A stretch of DNA of 64,000 nt, from contig JAQGDQ010000203.1 in the NCBI GenBank assembly GCA_030141605.1, positions 1 to 64,000 of the forward strand, given 5' to 3'. This DNA is from Tubiluchus corallicola. Its lineage: Eukaryota > Animalia > Priapulida. A program made the translations under genes and the position numbers. The notes under the pieces were generated by a model, which saw only the letters and a list, made by a program, of their open reading frames with translations, made no database searches and had not been told where the DNA came from. Below are positions 1 through 14,400 of this stretch, piece by piece; the first letter of the stretch is position 1, and each line of letters opens with the position of its first letter.

Positions 1-87
1 TAGTGGTAGTAGTAGTAGTAATAGTAGTAGTAGTAGTAGTGGTAGTGGTAGTGGTAGTAGTAATAGTAGTAGTAGTAGTAGTAGTAA

Positions 88-141
<54 letters not shown>

Positions 142-258
142 CAGTTGCAGCAGCAGCAGTAGCACCACCACCACCTCCACCACCAGCACCAGCACCTCCA
201 CCACCACCACCACCTCCACCACCACCACCACCTCCACCACCAGCACCACCACCTTCAC
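1..258. repeat. (TAG)n microsatellite grading into (GCA)n/(CCA)n triplet repeats
   Basis: Directly visible triplet runs; the poly-V/poly-P ORF 3..311 is an artefact of them. Confidence 0.95.
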
Positions 259-1291
259 CTGGTTCAGTTGTTGTTTTTGTTGCAAAAATCAGCCATAAAA
301 GTAAACATTAAATTGTACACGTGCCTGCCAACTGATAACAAAATTCTATGAATAAATCTACAATAAGAAACTCTACAAAAATATACCCCTTGCTTCTCTT
401 ACTCTAAGCCCTTGCATTAGAGTTCTGTGGCAGACTGGTGAGTTGCTAGTGCAATAATTGCTGTTTCGCATAAGTTGTTAGAATTCTTGACCCAGCTGAG
501 ATTTTGGTAAACTAAATTATGTATCTAGTCACGGAACTATCTAATAGTAGTCTTATTATTTGTGTAGACATGATGAATTAAATTTCTGCATGAATTTTGA
601 CTGAAGGATGAATAAATGTCTCTTGATTTAGTTTGCGTGTCGTTATTCTACTGAGTTGTAGTTCTTTACTTTAGAGTATAGAAACGTCGAACTCGTGAAT
701 AAAGTGTGATCGTATAGTTTGTTGAAGAACAAAAACTCACTTCTCAACTCTGTGCAACTATATTCTGCAGCCTTCTAATACTGCCTATATACGCTTTTCT
801 GTGCTATTATTACAATTATGGTGACGTCCTCCGCCCATTGGTCAGCATTGACAAACCATTGGTCAGCAGCATTGCCAGATACCTATATAAGCTGGAGCAG
901 TGTAACCTGATCCAGTAGCTTGCAAGTGCTTATGGCAGTGCGGATATGTTTACGTATTTGTGATTCTTGTTTGACATAACGCTTCTGTCATATTGCATAC
1001 GGACGTTGTTTTATATTTCTAAATAATTAATCAAGAAATATAAATTTTATGATAATATATAAATATTAAATATTTGAAAAATTGTAAAAGGTTCAAAAAA
1101 ATTGTAAAGAAATGTAAAAAATAAAAAAATTGAAAAATTAGCAAATAGAAAATATTTGGCCGCAATACTACGGTGTATAAGTAATAAGCCACCAAAGTAT
1201 CATGACTATCATAGATCATTAAATATCCGATAACCAACCCTGCTATTAATTTAACAAAATTAAAAACAAATGAGGAATTATGAGCTCCTCA

Positions 1292-2932
1292 GTACATGTA
1301 GTGTACACGCGTATACAGCCAGCGTCAACTCATGTAGTATACACGCGTATACAGCCAGCGTCAACTCATGTAGTGTACACGCGTATACAGCCAGCGTCAA
1401 CTCATGTAGTATACACGCGTATACAGCCAGCGTCAACTCATGTAGTATACACGCGTATACAGCCAGCGTCAACTCATGTAGTATACACGCGTATACAGCC
1501 AGCGTCAACTCATGTAGTGTACACGCGTATACAGCCAGCGTCAACTCATGTAGTATACACGCATATACAGCCAGCGTCAACTCATGTAGTATACACGCGT
1601 ATACAGCCAGCGTCAACTCATGTAGTATACACGCGTATACAGCCAGCGTCAACTCATGTAGTGTACACGCGTATACAGCCAGCGTCAACTCATGTAGTAT
1701 ACACGCGTATACAGCCAGCGTCAACTCATGTAGTGTACACGCGTATACAGCCAGCGTCAACTCATGTAGTATACACGCGTATACAGCCAGCGTCAACTCA
1801 TGTAGTATACACGCGTATACAGCCAGCGTCAACTCATGTAGTATACACGCGTATACAGCCAGCGTCAACTCATGTAGTATACACGCGTATACAGCCAGCG
1901 TCAACTCATGTAGTATACACGCGTATACAGCCAGCGTCAACTCATGTAGTGTACACGCGTATACAGCCAGCGTCAACTCATGTAGTATACACGCGTATAC
2001 AGCCAGCGTCAACTCATGTAGTATACACGCGTATACAGCCAGCGTCAACTCATGTAGTATACACGCGTATACAGCCAGCGTCAACTCATGTAGTATACAC
2101 GCGTATACAGCCAGCGTCAACTCATGTAGTATACACGCGTATACAGCCAGCGTCAACTCATGTAGTATACACGCGTATACAGCCAGCGTCAACTCATGTA
2201 GTATACACGCGTATACAGCCAGCGTCAACTCATGTAGTATACACGCGTATACAGCCAGCGTCAACTCATGTAGTATACACGCGTATACAGCCAGCGTCAA
2301 CTCATGTAGTATACACGCGTATACAGCCAGCGTCAACTCATGTAGTATACACGCGTATACAGCCAGCGTCAACTCATGTAGTATACACGCGTATACAGCC
2401 AGCGTCAACTCATGTAGTATACACGCGTATACAGCCAGCGTCAACTCATGTAGTATACACGCGTATACAGCCAGCGTCAACTCATGTAGTATACACGCGT
2501 ATACAGCCAGCGTCACTCAACTCATGTAGTATACACGCGTATACAGCCAGCGTCAACTCATGTAGTATACACGCGTATACAGCCAGCGTCAACTCATGTA
2601 GTATACACGCGTATACAGCCAGCGTCAACTCATGTAGTATACACGCGTATACAGCCAGCGTCAACTCATGTAGTATACACGCGTATACAGCCAGCGTCAA
2701 CTCATGTAGTATACACGCGTATACAGCCAGCGTCAACTCATGTAGTATACACGCGTATACAGCCAGCGTCAACTCATGTAGTATACACGCGTATACAGCC
2801 AGCGTCAACTCATGTAGTAAACACGCGTATACAGCCAGCGTCATGAGCTCCTCAATACATGTAGTGTACACGCGTATACAGCCAGCGTCAACTCACGTAG
2901 TATACACGCGTATACAGCCAGCGTCAACTCAT
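1292..2932. repeat. 36-bp minisatellite, about 45 copies (CATGTAGTATACACGCGTATACAGCCAGCGTCAACT)
   Basis: Near-perfect tandem units, with 12-aa periodic ORFs on both strands. The head sequence ATGAGCTCCTCARTACATG occurs at 1280 and again at 2843. Confidence 0.97.
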
Positions 2933-3476
2933 TAACCACCAATGTGCGATTTTTCAACATCAAAACTTGTTACGCATTTTTAAATACATGACTAGATTCA
3001 GATTAACATATTTCGCCATCACATTAGCATTGCATAATTAACTCCCCTGGCAAGCAAACGAACAACACGCGAAACATGTCATTAAACATGTATCAGTTTG
3101 ATGGAAAAACTTAATTAAGGTTTAGTATGACATTATGTCACGCGAATCTAGGCGTGGGTGCTGAGATGGTTACAATGAATGATCCTAAATTGTGCTTTTA
3201 AAATGTTTCTTCTTGTCCTCCAAAAATCTGAATAAATGTTCATGTACCTTTCATAATAAGTTTATTTTTCTTGCAACTGCTTATCAAGGTTGTTTTGTAA
3301 TGTTGATATAAAACAGTTATTTAGACATTTTATTACGAAACTTGCTTCTGTTTTATTACTTAATTAACTTATTTGTATTTTTAACTTAACTGTATGGTAG
3401 TGGCTATTGGTTCATTGTTGTAAACATCGACTATAAATAAAGTGCAATCAGTCAATCAATAAGAGTCGAAGGGGGA

Positions 3477-3767
<291 letters not shown>

Positions 3768-4662
3768 GCAGTGGCAAGGTACACGAGAGAGGCGGACGAA
3801 ATAATAAGTTCGTTTTTGCATAAAAGTGATGTTTAACAGCTGATGAAATTTCCTACATAAAGCAACTAAGAATGTGACGTTCTAGTACACCATATTCACT
3901 TTTTTAAGTAGAAGGAAAGAATAAAGAAAAAAATCGAAAAACAACAATTTTTTGGTTTTGTGAATTTACGTAATTTATAAAACAATCTCTACGAAACATA
4001 GTGTTTAAGCTTAGAAAAAGCATTAATGAAAAATCACTGAAAGCACAGAATATCATTAATAGGGCAATGCTAAAAACACTAAAATATATGTACTTTATCT
4101 ATATCTATAAAACGAATTTTTCTGTTAATTGAAGATTGCGACTGCATTATAGAGCAGGGAGGCTGCTAAAATTCCGCCATTTAAATTTCTTCATCTTAGA
4201 ATTTTTTATTAATCGTCTTTAAGGCTTAAAATCAGCATCATGTGAGTGATAACAGCAGCATCCTAACTGCGCTGCTGCCGCTCAAACTCATTGTAAGACG
4301 CTGAATTAGTTCTCCTTGCATCAAAAGCGCCCGCCAGGTTATCAATAAGTTCTCACCAGGTAATTGAATCTGTGACCTTTCATCTGAATTTACTCATCTC
4401 ATGAGCTTCTAATTACACTTCCAGCAACTTCCTGAATTATCCTTAATATTACGGCCAATGTCAATATATACATAGCATATTACTTGGCCTAGGAATATTA
4501 ATAAATTAGATGAGCTCGATTGAAGCTGTGCGGTTGACCGTTATTGTAAAATGACTTCTAGTGTTCAGAGGCAGGAGGTTCTTATTCGTGGACATCCGTG
4601 TCTGGCACTTTGTAAATAAACGAACATTTTAAGCTCCTAGGCATTGAAATTGTTGTATCAAC

Positions 4663-4923
4663 TTATCATCCACATCCAGAGTCCATATTGTCGTAGATAC
4701 TGTGGGGATTATCATCCACATCCAGAGTCCATATTGTCGTAGATACTGTGGGGATTATCATCCACATCCAGAGTCCATATTGTCGTAGATACTGTGGGGC
4801 TTATCATCCACATCCAGAGTCCATATTGTCGTAGATACTGTGGGGATTATCATACACATCCAGAGTCCATATTGTCGTAGATACTGTGGGGATTATCATC
4901 CACATCCAGAGTCCATATTGTCG
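4663..4923. repeat. 46-bp minisatellite, about 5.7 copies
   Basis: Unit TTATCATCCACATCCAGAGTCCATATTGTCGTAGATACTGTGGGGA starts at 4663, 4709, 4755 and onwards. Confidence 0.95.
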
Positions 4924-5999
4924 CAGGTCCTGTGTGGCCAGTGCAGCAACCGTTTTTCTAGTCATCTGTGTGTCCGTGTGATTGTTTGTTTTCAGTTTGT
5001 CTGCTTGTTTGTTAGGAACATATCACGTAAACTAACGACAGATATGCAGAAAAGGTTGGCAAAACGACAGACAATTTTTAGTTTACGTATCTGTGTGTTT
5101 ATGTTATACAAATCATGTTTTCCACATTTTAGCAGTAATTTTATATTTTAATCATCGTCATTTATTTCACACTGTTTTCAACGGGCTTATAAGTTCTGTC
5201 CATAGATGTATTACAAATAAATAAATAAATAAGCGTACGCCACAAATATAACGTTTTTGTAGTCAACACAGTGATTCGGCGAATTTTCCTTGTTTGTTTG
5301 CAACTTTTAATAAACTCAAACAGTTTGGGTGGATCATACTTTGTCAGTGATCAAAGTGGAAATGCAACCCAGTTCCGAAAACAATTGTCTTCTGTCTAGG
5401 TAAGAACAGCTACGTTTCTGAAGCTAAAATTCTGTTATCGTGCAATTGGTCGAATGCATAAGGAATTATGGCCTATTTTGTATTATAACAGTGTCCATTA
5501 CTGCAATTACCTGTCTAACGTCCAGCCAATAAGCAATCCAGGCCTCTCAGTGCATTGTTAAATAAATAAACGTTTTTTGACATCCATTATTCAACGAGGA
5601 ATTCTTGGGGGGGAAATAAATTTCTCCATCTGGCATTCTACAGCCTTGGTTGTCTGATAGTTCAAGCGCCTGTGTCAGAACAAGAATGTGTACTACACAT
5701 ATGTTCAAGCGCGTGTGTCAGAACAAGCATGTGTACTAAACATACGCCAGGCTTGCTTTTGTAGTAGCTAGGCAACCCCTAAGCGAGCACAAAAGTAACT
5801 TGACAAGCAGCTTCTTGTTATTAGGCAGAAAATGACCGGTTTAGTTATGTAACTGTGTTTCATAGTGTATGTATATCCGGTTATAGATAATACTTAGATG
5901 AATGGTCTCATGAGAATCCCATGTTCTATATCCAAATATCCTTAAAGACGTTTACGGCCTATAATTATGCTCCATAAACAAGTCTTCATTTATTTATTA

Positions 6000-8490
6000 A
6001 TTAGAAGAATGTGAAACGTATTCAAAAATGTGAAACAATGTCTTCACTTTTTGTAATAATTACAAAATTGTGAAATAATGCTTTCACTTTTTTCTTAATT
6101 ACAAGGTTGTGAAACGATGCTTTCACTTGTTTATTAATTACAAGAATGTGAAACGATGCTTTCGCTTGTTTATTAATTACAAGAATGTGAAATGATGCTT
6201 TCACTTGTTTATTAATTACAAGATTGTGAAATGATGCTTTCACTTGTTTATTAATTACAAGAATGTGAAACGATGCTTTCACTTGCTTATTAATTACAAG
6301 AATGTGAAACGATGCTTTCACTTGCTTATTAATTACAAGAATGTGAAACGATACTTTCACTTGTTTATTAATTACAAGAATGTGAAACGATGCTTTCACT
6401 TGCTTATTAATTACAAGCTTGTGAAACGATGCTTTCGCTTGCTTATTAATTACAAGAATGTGAAACGATGCTTTCACTTGTTTATTAATTACAAGAATGT
6501 GAAACGATGCTTTCGCTTGCTTATTAATTACAAGAATGTGAAACGATGCCCTCACTTGTTTATTAATAACAAGAATGTGAAACGATGCTTTCGCTTGTTT
6601 ATTAATTACAAGAATGTGAAACGATGCTTTCACTTGTTTATTAATTACAAGAATGTGAACTGATGCTTTCACTTGTTTATTAATTACAAGAATGTGAAAT
6701 GATGCTTTCATTTGTTTATTAATTACAAGCTTGTGAAACGATGCTTTCACTTGTTTATTAATTACAAGCTTGTGAAACGATGCTTTCGCTTGTTTATTAA
6801 TTACAAGAATGTGAAACGATGCTTTCATTTGTTTATTAATTACAAGAATGTGAACTGATGCTTTCATTTGTTTATTAATTACAAGCTTGTGAAACGATGC
6901 TTTCACTTGTTTATTAATTACAAGCTTGTGAAACGATGCTTTCGCTTGTTTATTAATTACAAGAATGTGAAACGATGCTTTCATTTGTTTATTAATTACA
7001 AGAATGTGAAATGATGCTTTCACTTGTTTATTAATTACAAGAATGTGAACTGATGCTTTCACTTGTTTATTAATTACAAGAATGTGAAATGATGCTTTCA
7101 TTTTTTTATTAATTACAAGAATGTGAAACGATGCCTTCACTTGTTTATTAATTACAAGATTGTGAAACGATGCTTTCACTTGTTTATTAATTACAAGATT
7201 GTGAAACGATGCTTTCACTTGTTTATTAATTACAAGAATGTGAAACGATGCTTTCACTTGTTTATTAATTACAAGATTGTGAAACGATGCTTTCACTTGT
7301 TTATTAATTACATATGTGAAACAATGCTTTCACTTGTTTATTAATTACAAGCTTGTGAAACGATGCTTTCGCTTGTTTATTAATTACAAGAATGTGAAAC
7401 GATGCTTTCATTTGTTTATTAATTACAAGAATGTGAAACGATGCTTTCATTTGTTTATTAATTACAAGATTGTGAAACGATGCTTTCACTTGTTTATTAA
7501 TTACAAGATTGTGAAACGATGCTTTCACTTGTTTATTAATTACAAGAATGTGAAACGATGCTTTCACTTGTTTATTAATTACAAGATTGTGAAACGATGC
7601 TTTCACTTGTTTATTAATTACAAGAATGTGAAACGATGCTTTCACTTGTTTATTAATTACAAGATTGTGAAACGATGCTTTCACTTGTTTATTAATTACA
7701 AGAATGTGAAACGATGCCTTCACTTGTTTATTAATTACAAGAATGTGAAACGATGCTTTCATTTGTTTATTAATTACAAGGATGTGAAACGATGCTTTCA
7801 CTTGTTTATTAATTACAAGCTTGTGAAACGATGCCTTCACTTGTTTATTAATTACAAGAATGTGAAACGATGCCTTCACTTGTTTATTAATTACAAGAAT
7901 GTGAAACGATGCTTTCATTTGTTTATTAATTACAAGGATGTGAAACGATGCTTTCACTTGTTTATTAATTACAAGCTTGTGAAACGATGCCTTCACTTGT
8001 TTATTAATTACAAGAATGTGAAACGATGCCTTCACTTGTTTATTAATTACAAGAATGTGAAACGATGCTTTCATTTGTTTATTAATTACAAGGATGTGAA
8101 ACGATGCTTTCATTTGTTTATTAATTACAAGGATGTGAAACGATGCTTTCATTTGTTTATTAATTACAAGATTGTGAAATTATGCTTTCATTTGTTTACT
8201 AATGACAAAAATGTGAGATGATGTCTTCGCATATTTATTAATGACAAGAACGTGAAATAATGACTTTACTTTTTTATCGAATACGAGAAAGTGAAACGAT
8301 GTCGTCATTTATTTATTAATTACAAGAATGTGAAACGACGCCTTCACTTTTTTATTAAGTACAAGAATGTGAAACGATGCTTTCACTTGTTTGTCAATTA
8401 CAAGAATGTGAAACAATGTCTTTACTTGTTAGTCAAATACAAGAATGTGAAACAATGTTCTTAGTTGTTTGTGAATTACATGAATGTGAA
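6000..8490. repeat. 39-bp AT-rich minisatellite, about 63 copies, with degenerate edges
   Basis: Unit TTACAAGAATGTGAAACGATGCTTTCACTTGTTTATTAA, giving 13-aa periodic ORFs; internal dyad GTGAAA-N6-TTTCAC. Confidence 0.97.
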
Positions 8491-10010
8491 ATAAATGCCT
8501 TTATTTGTCATGCGCGGCATGCAGATTTCTCAAATAAAAATTACAGTCGAAAGAAGAAGAAACTTTGACAGCCCTTCATTTTGCAATTGGGTGAATCGGG
8601 TTATACATTTTCTATCGCAAAAAGCAATTTTATTCTTAATAATCACATTCAAATGTATCAGACAGAATCAGACAGAATGGTTGCAGCAGTTCTTACATGT
8701 GCGATATTATGACATTGAATAACACTGAAACGTTAGGTCTCTCTACGCCCTTTACAGTATTTTGTCTTTCGGTAAGAAAGTAAGCAATCATTGTCGCGGG
8801 TCTCAAATCACAAACTATATGTACAAAACGTTAGTAAAGCCATGAATGCAAAACTATAGTACGCATGTGTCAGATACACTCATAGCCTAAGCGCATTCAA
8901 GTGTGAAAAGCTTTTAAAACCAAGTCCTATAAAATCCTAGTGACGGTGTGCGTTCGACTTATGATATTATTGCTTCAACATTTATTCCAAATCCTGTATT
9001 ATATTCCATGCTCGTAAAGTAGTAAAATCAGGATTTGCAATCAAAGCTTAAAATTGAAGTTTATACAGCAGAAAATGGCTCTCGTAAAACAACAATGAAA
9101 ACTGAATTCAGTGGAAAGAAAACCATGTCAACAAAGACATGATAAACTCAATGGCAATTTTTCAATGCAGTTTTTTTTAAGATTTCATTTGACGACTATA
9201 AATTTTGGTAAAGCACAAGCTGTTCATTGCAATTTGGTTTATATTGTTTATTTCATTTTTAGAAGTCCTTTTCGTTCCATTCTTATTACTGATATCTGGA
9301 AAAAGTACTATTAAAACTGACCAATGGATCAGAAGGAAAAGATTTCTGATAATGATATGATAAAAACTTCTGCTCATCGTATAAACACCAATGCAATGCG
9401 CAGGTCGTGTTTAATCACAATTTCGTGCCAATGAAGAGATTCAGTATAACTGAATACTAGTTAAACTTCACAAGTTACACAGAAACGGTCTTATAATAAA
9501 CAAAAGCCATAATGACTTAAAATCATAAACAAACAGCGGACATGAAGATACTAGACTAAATCCATACGTTTCATTACAATTCTACGCTTCTACATGGAGC
9601 TTGTCTTGCTCGCATCTCTTGGGAGAAGCAGATACAGTTAATTAATAATAAATGAACGCAATAATTACTTGTGAACTATATGATACAAACAACTGAGCGT
9701 TATATTATGCGCATCAATAATTATTTGTCAGACATAACGTGCATAATAAATGCTAACTTGCTCCTTAATAGGCTTTCACGCCGCAGTATTGAAAACCCTA
9801 TATACCAGTTTGACTATAATAAGCTTTGTAGATTAAAAATTTATCTGTGTGGTGTAAAATAGGTACATGATCTACATGTACTACAAAAGCAGCGGTATAT
9901 GACAACTTATGGTCTAAATGTTAATACAGTTTAATGTAGAAATAAATTGCAACAGAAAGAAGCCCGTTTAATCTGAACGACAAAAAAGACCATTTGATAG
10001 AATATATAAA

Positions 10011-10364
10011 AATATAGTTGTTGCACGTGTGAACAATGGATGAATATAGTTGTTGCACGAGTGAACAATGGATGAATATAGTTGTTGCACGAGTGAACAA
10101 TGGATGAATATAGTTGTTGCACGAGTGAACAATGGATGAATATAGTTGTTGCACGAGTGAACAATGGATGAAAATAGTTGTTGCACGAGTGAACAATGGA
10201 TGAATATAGTTGTTGCACGAGTGAACAATGGATGAATATAGTTGTTGCACGAGTGAACAATGGATGAATATAGTTGTTGCACGAGTGAACAATGGATGAA
10301 AATAGTTGTTGCACGAGTGAACAATGGATGAATATAGTTGTTGCACGAGTGAACAATGGATGAA
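10011..10364. repeat. 32-bp minisatellite, about 11 copies
   Basis: Unit AATATAGTTGTTGCACGAGTGAACAATGGATG with period 32. Confidence 0.95.
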
Positions 10365-10857
10365 TAAATAAATGATAACGGAATGAATGATGGATAGATT
10401 GACACACGAAAGAACTCATTCACAAACAAGAGAACGTCTTACACATCGTAGAAACAGGAAAATTGAAGCCGTTTCTAGGCCGTAAATAAAGTAGCAGAAC
10501 AAATTAAAAACCATAAGCTGCCAATGAGCAGAATGCGATAAATTATCAGTATCACATGAGGTATAGACCGGCTGCCCACACACAGACAGCCAAAATGAGT
10601 TACATAAATCAATTTAATTAACGATCATACATCGAAGTTACTGACATATAAATTACGCTAGTCAGACGTAAAGTTGAATGCCATTCGCTCTGGGAAATGA
10701 CAGCACGAATTGTCGTTAAACCTTGCTGGTTTGATTTGGTGAAAATAATAGACGTGAACACAAAACAGCTGGGACTGACGATTGCGCTCTTCGTTGTTTC
10801 TTACTTTACAAGAAAGAGTTGCATCAAAAGTTGCGGTAAACCGAGGACCTCGATTTT

Positions 10858-11300
10858 GAAAAAGAGAGAGAGAAAGAGAGAAAGAGAGAGAAGGAAGAGA
10901 AAAGAGGAGCCATACAGGAACGGAGCGAGAGGAAGAAAGTGAGAAAACGAAAAAAGTGAGGTGAAAAGAGAAAGAGAAAAGAGAAAACAGAAAAGAAAGA
11001 GCTAGCGAGAACGATGGAGGAAAGAAAGGAAGATGATAAGAAAAGAAAGGGTCGAGAAAGAGGAGAAAAACAAAGAAATAATAGGTGAAGAATAAAAAGG
11101 GAATGATAAAAAGAGTAATAGAAGAGATAGAAGGAAAAGACAAGATAAGAAGAAAAGGAAAAGGATAGATGGAAGGTAAGCTAAGCAAAGAGAAATAGAT
11201 GAAACAGAAAATAGAAATGGGAAAAAGAAAAGCAGAAAAGGAAAGACAGAGGGAAAAGAAAAGGAAGTTTAAGAAAGAAAGAAAGAAGGATAGGAAAAAG
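10858..11300. repeat. Purine-rich (A/G) low-complexity tract
   Basis: Almost exclusively A/G on the + strand. Confidence 0.85.
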
Positions 11301-11496
11301 GTGGTTCTAAATTGTACGGCAATATTATAGCAGCTGTTTGAGTGTGACGTGTCGTAACCTTCTGCACTCTCACTTTTTTGTTCTTCTGAAATCTCTCATC
11401 CAATCACGTGTCAGAAATTAGATTAAGATTCTTAACTTTTTGGCTCTGGTGTTAAGATAAATTATTCAATAAATCATGAAAACTACTGTATCTTAC

Positions 11497-14400
11497 CCAT
11501 GAAGAAGTCCTTGTGTAGTTGCACGATGACTTCCACAGATCCTTCAGATGCTAAACCAGAGTCAGCGTCACTCGAGTCGCCTCCTGGCGGCGGAGCAGGG
11601 TGGGTGTTGTAGTCTGTTAGCCAGTCTAGGACTCTCTGATCCAGAGCTTTCCATTTCTTTCGGAGTCCACTGAGTGTTCCATGAGCAGTTTTGTTCGAGC
11701 TCTTCGTATTTGAGGTATAATGTTTTGAAGACACTGAACAGTTAGTATTTGGCACGTTGGTGACAAATGCACTTTTGTTTTTAGAACTTATTTCAGCGGA
11801 AGTTCTTCTTCCACTGCTGGAATGTTCCTGTGGATTTGAACAACTATCGCACTCTTTATTTCCTTTAGTAAGGGCACTAGCTTTTGCATCTTCATTTATG
11901 GAGTTATCATATTTGGGTGCATGAGATTGTTTTGTGCTTACAATAACTGCATGTCGTCCTTTTAGTGTCACGTCACTATCGTCTAACTCTTCCTTGGTGT
12001 AATAAAATCGTTTGTTATTGTTCTTAAATTTGAATGCTGTTTTTTCTTCGTCTGATTTTCTAAGTATTTGTTCACTGTCATTTTCCAATCGTCTCCGTTC
12101 CATTTCTTCTTTTCCAGCTACCCGCAAGTTTATGTGGTTTCCAGGCGACCCAGCGTCCTTGCTAACTGGCGAATTTATGGCTTTCTGTGAAGCCAAACTC
12201 ACTGGACTGCTTCCTGTGTGTTCAGCCTGAGTTAACATCGCACCAGCTGTGGCTAATTTACTGCAATCGCCATAATTCCGCTTGTTATTTTTATCGAGCT
12301 GAAGCCGTTTAGACGACGTGAAATATCCTGTCTTCAACCCTTCAAACTGTTGCTCTCCTGGAAAAAAACACCGCTCCTGCAACTCTTTTTCAAAGTGCTC
12401 AATTCCACAAGAACTTTGACTTTGTAAGTTTTTTCCTGCGTGCGCCTTTTCGCAAGAGGTTTGTTCTCGTAACTCTTTCTCAAAATGTGTTCTTTCCTGA
12501 ACATTAAAGCTATTTGATACATCAGGCGCAGCAGCAGTTGTTGAAGGAGATACTTGGTCGTCCTTTGATCGAGTCGTAAAGTTCAATAGTTTGCCTGAGG
12601 CGACGTCACTCTTATTTGATTTATCTTTTTTTATATCTTCAGCGATTTGCTGGCTCGCACAAGAATGATGTGACGGCTTCTCTTTTGTTGTCACGTGACT
12701 CGGTGAAGAAATCGAATTTTGTGTCTTTTCGGCGTAATAAATCTTACGCAATTTTCCAGTTTTTGAGGTTTCGCCCTTAGTATTTGTGTAAAAGCTGTTT
12801 GTTGGTTTGTCGTATAGTTTTGTAGATGTAAAGTCAGTCATGCTTCTACACAGATTTACTTGGTTATGCATTGTTTCTTTTTCATTTTGACTAGAACTAT
12901 TTTCTGGTGCTCTATTAGTAACTGGATAAGAAATAGCCCTAGTTACGTCATTAGGGAAACCAGGAAATTCAAGAAATTCACCACACTCGCAATAGAAGAC
13001 ACCCTTTCTGTGTAACCATGAAAACTCAAAGCCTGGGAAAAAGTTTTCGTCATTTCTTTTCCGGAAATTATCAGTTTGTACATATGTATTTGTTAACATG
13101 GAACCATATTTATTATCGGTGAACACGGTGTTTGGTATTTTTTTCTTTTCGGCTTCAAATGTTCCATCAGTTTTGCGGTAAGTTTGACGATTTAAAATAT
13201 GATCAGTATCATCAGAAATTTTCTCAGTAGGCTTAACAGATGGCATTGTTTGTGAGCGTTTTGCATCTTGACCGAATAGATTTGATTGTCCAGGTGTCTT
13301 TATGCAGTCAAATTCTTTATTTGCAAACGGTTTAATTTCTAACGGTTTTCTGTCGCGCTTGTATGAAGCCGAGCGCTTTTCTACTCGATTAGGCATAGTA
13401 ACAGCACTCTGCTTCGGTTCAGGTTGGCACAAAATTTCTTGTCCTTCTGAATTCTGATCTGTTTTGACACTGCTTTGAGTCTGTCCTTCGATAAAACTGT
13501 CATCATTGGAAGTACCGTGTTTCCTCGTTCCACAAGACCGCTCCTTTGTTTCGAGTTGATGAGATTTTTTTGCGCGCTCACTAGCAGCCGTTGTGGTTGC
13601 TAATTGAAACTCGGTTAATCCATCATTCACTTCATTTAATCGAGCTTTACTTTTGTTCGATGCAATTCTAGTTTCGTCGAAGCTTAATTTGTTTTTGTCA
13701 TTAAGCTTACTAATGGCACAAAGCTTTTTTTGCCCACGAGCACAGAATTTGTCATTTCTAGCTTCATATTCTACTTGGCTACGGTAATTTCCCATTTTTC
13801 TATTAATATCTTTACTTGTAAAAAAGCAGCTAGAGTAGCCTTGTGACAGACCAGAGACGTCATCCCTCTTTTCATATTGACATGCGACGACACCCGACTG
13901 ATCAGCAGACTGCTGCGGTACAATGTCGCTGCAGTTCACACGAGATTCTAAAAGGGCTTGCTGATATCTGTCAATGTCTGTTTCACGAAATGGCCTGTAG
14001 GAGGCGCCACAATGAGGACTTTCCACTACTATACCAACGTTAAAAGTTTCTTGCTGTTCAGCATTTTTATCGTAAAAGCTTTGGTGTTCAGGGCAGCAGA
14101 ACGGTTTACTTTCTATGGACGTCACAGTGTAATTACTCTTCACTTGTGTTTCTGAGCTACCCTCCACGTCAGAATCTGAATTAGGTGTATTTAACTGTAA
14201 ACCATCAGACTGACGCCTGTCATTATATTTTTGTCCATGTCGACACAGACTACCGTTACTCTCAATACAATGAGTTATCGGTGAAGCCATTAGCTCAGCC
14301 TTTATCCCTCTTCCACTATCATTCACCGAGGCTTCACAACCATTAATTACGTCATCAGATAAACGCTTAACGGCATTTAGCTCGATTTCTACTGCTGGGT

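Noticed and set aside
3-311. Poly-Val/poly-Pro ORF resembling a formin or extensin
   Set aside because: Triplet microsatellite translation.
1270-2935. Long ORFs of 412-551 aa on both strands
   Set aside because: Translations of a 36-bp tandem repeat; no splice or domain evidence.
6000-8490. CRISPR-like palindromic repeats (GTGAAA...TTTCAC, 39 bp)
   Set aside because: The units are head-to-tail with no unique spacers, there are no cas genes, and the context is eukaryotic. The same applies to the 36-, 32- and 61-bp arrays.
10658-11188. 176-aa hydrophobic ORF as a membrane protein or next exon
   Set aside because: Mostly a translation of the polypyrimidine tract; no recognisable domain or convincing in-phase splice sites.
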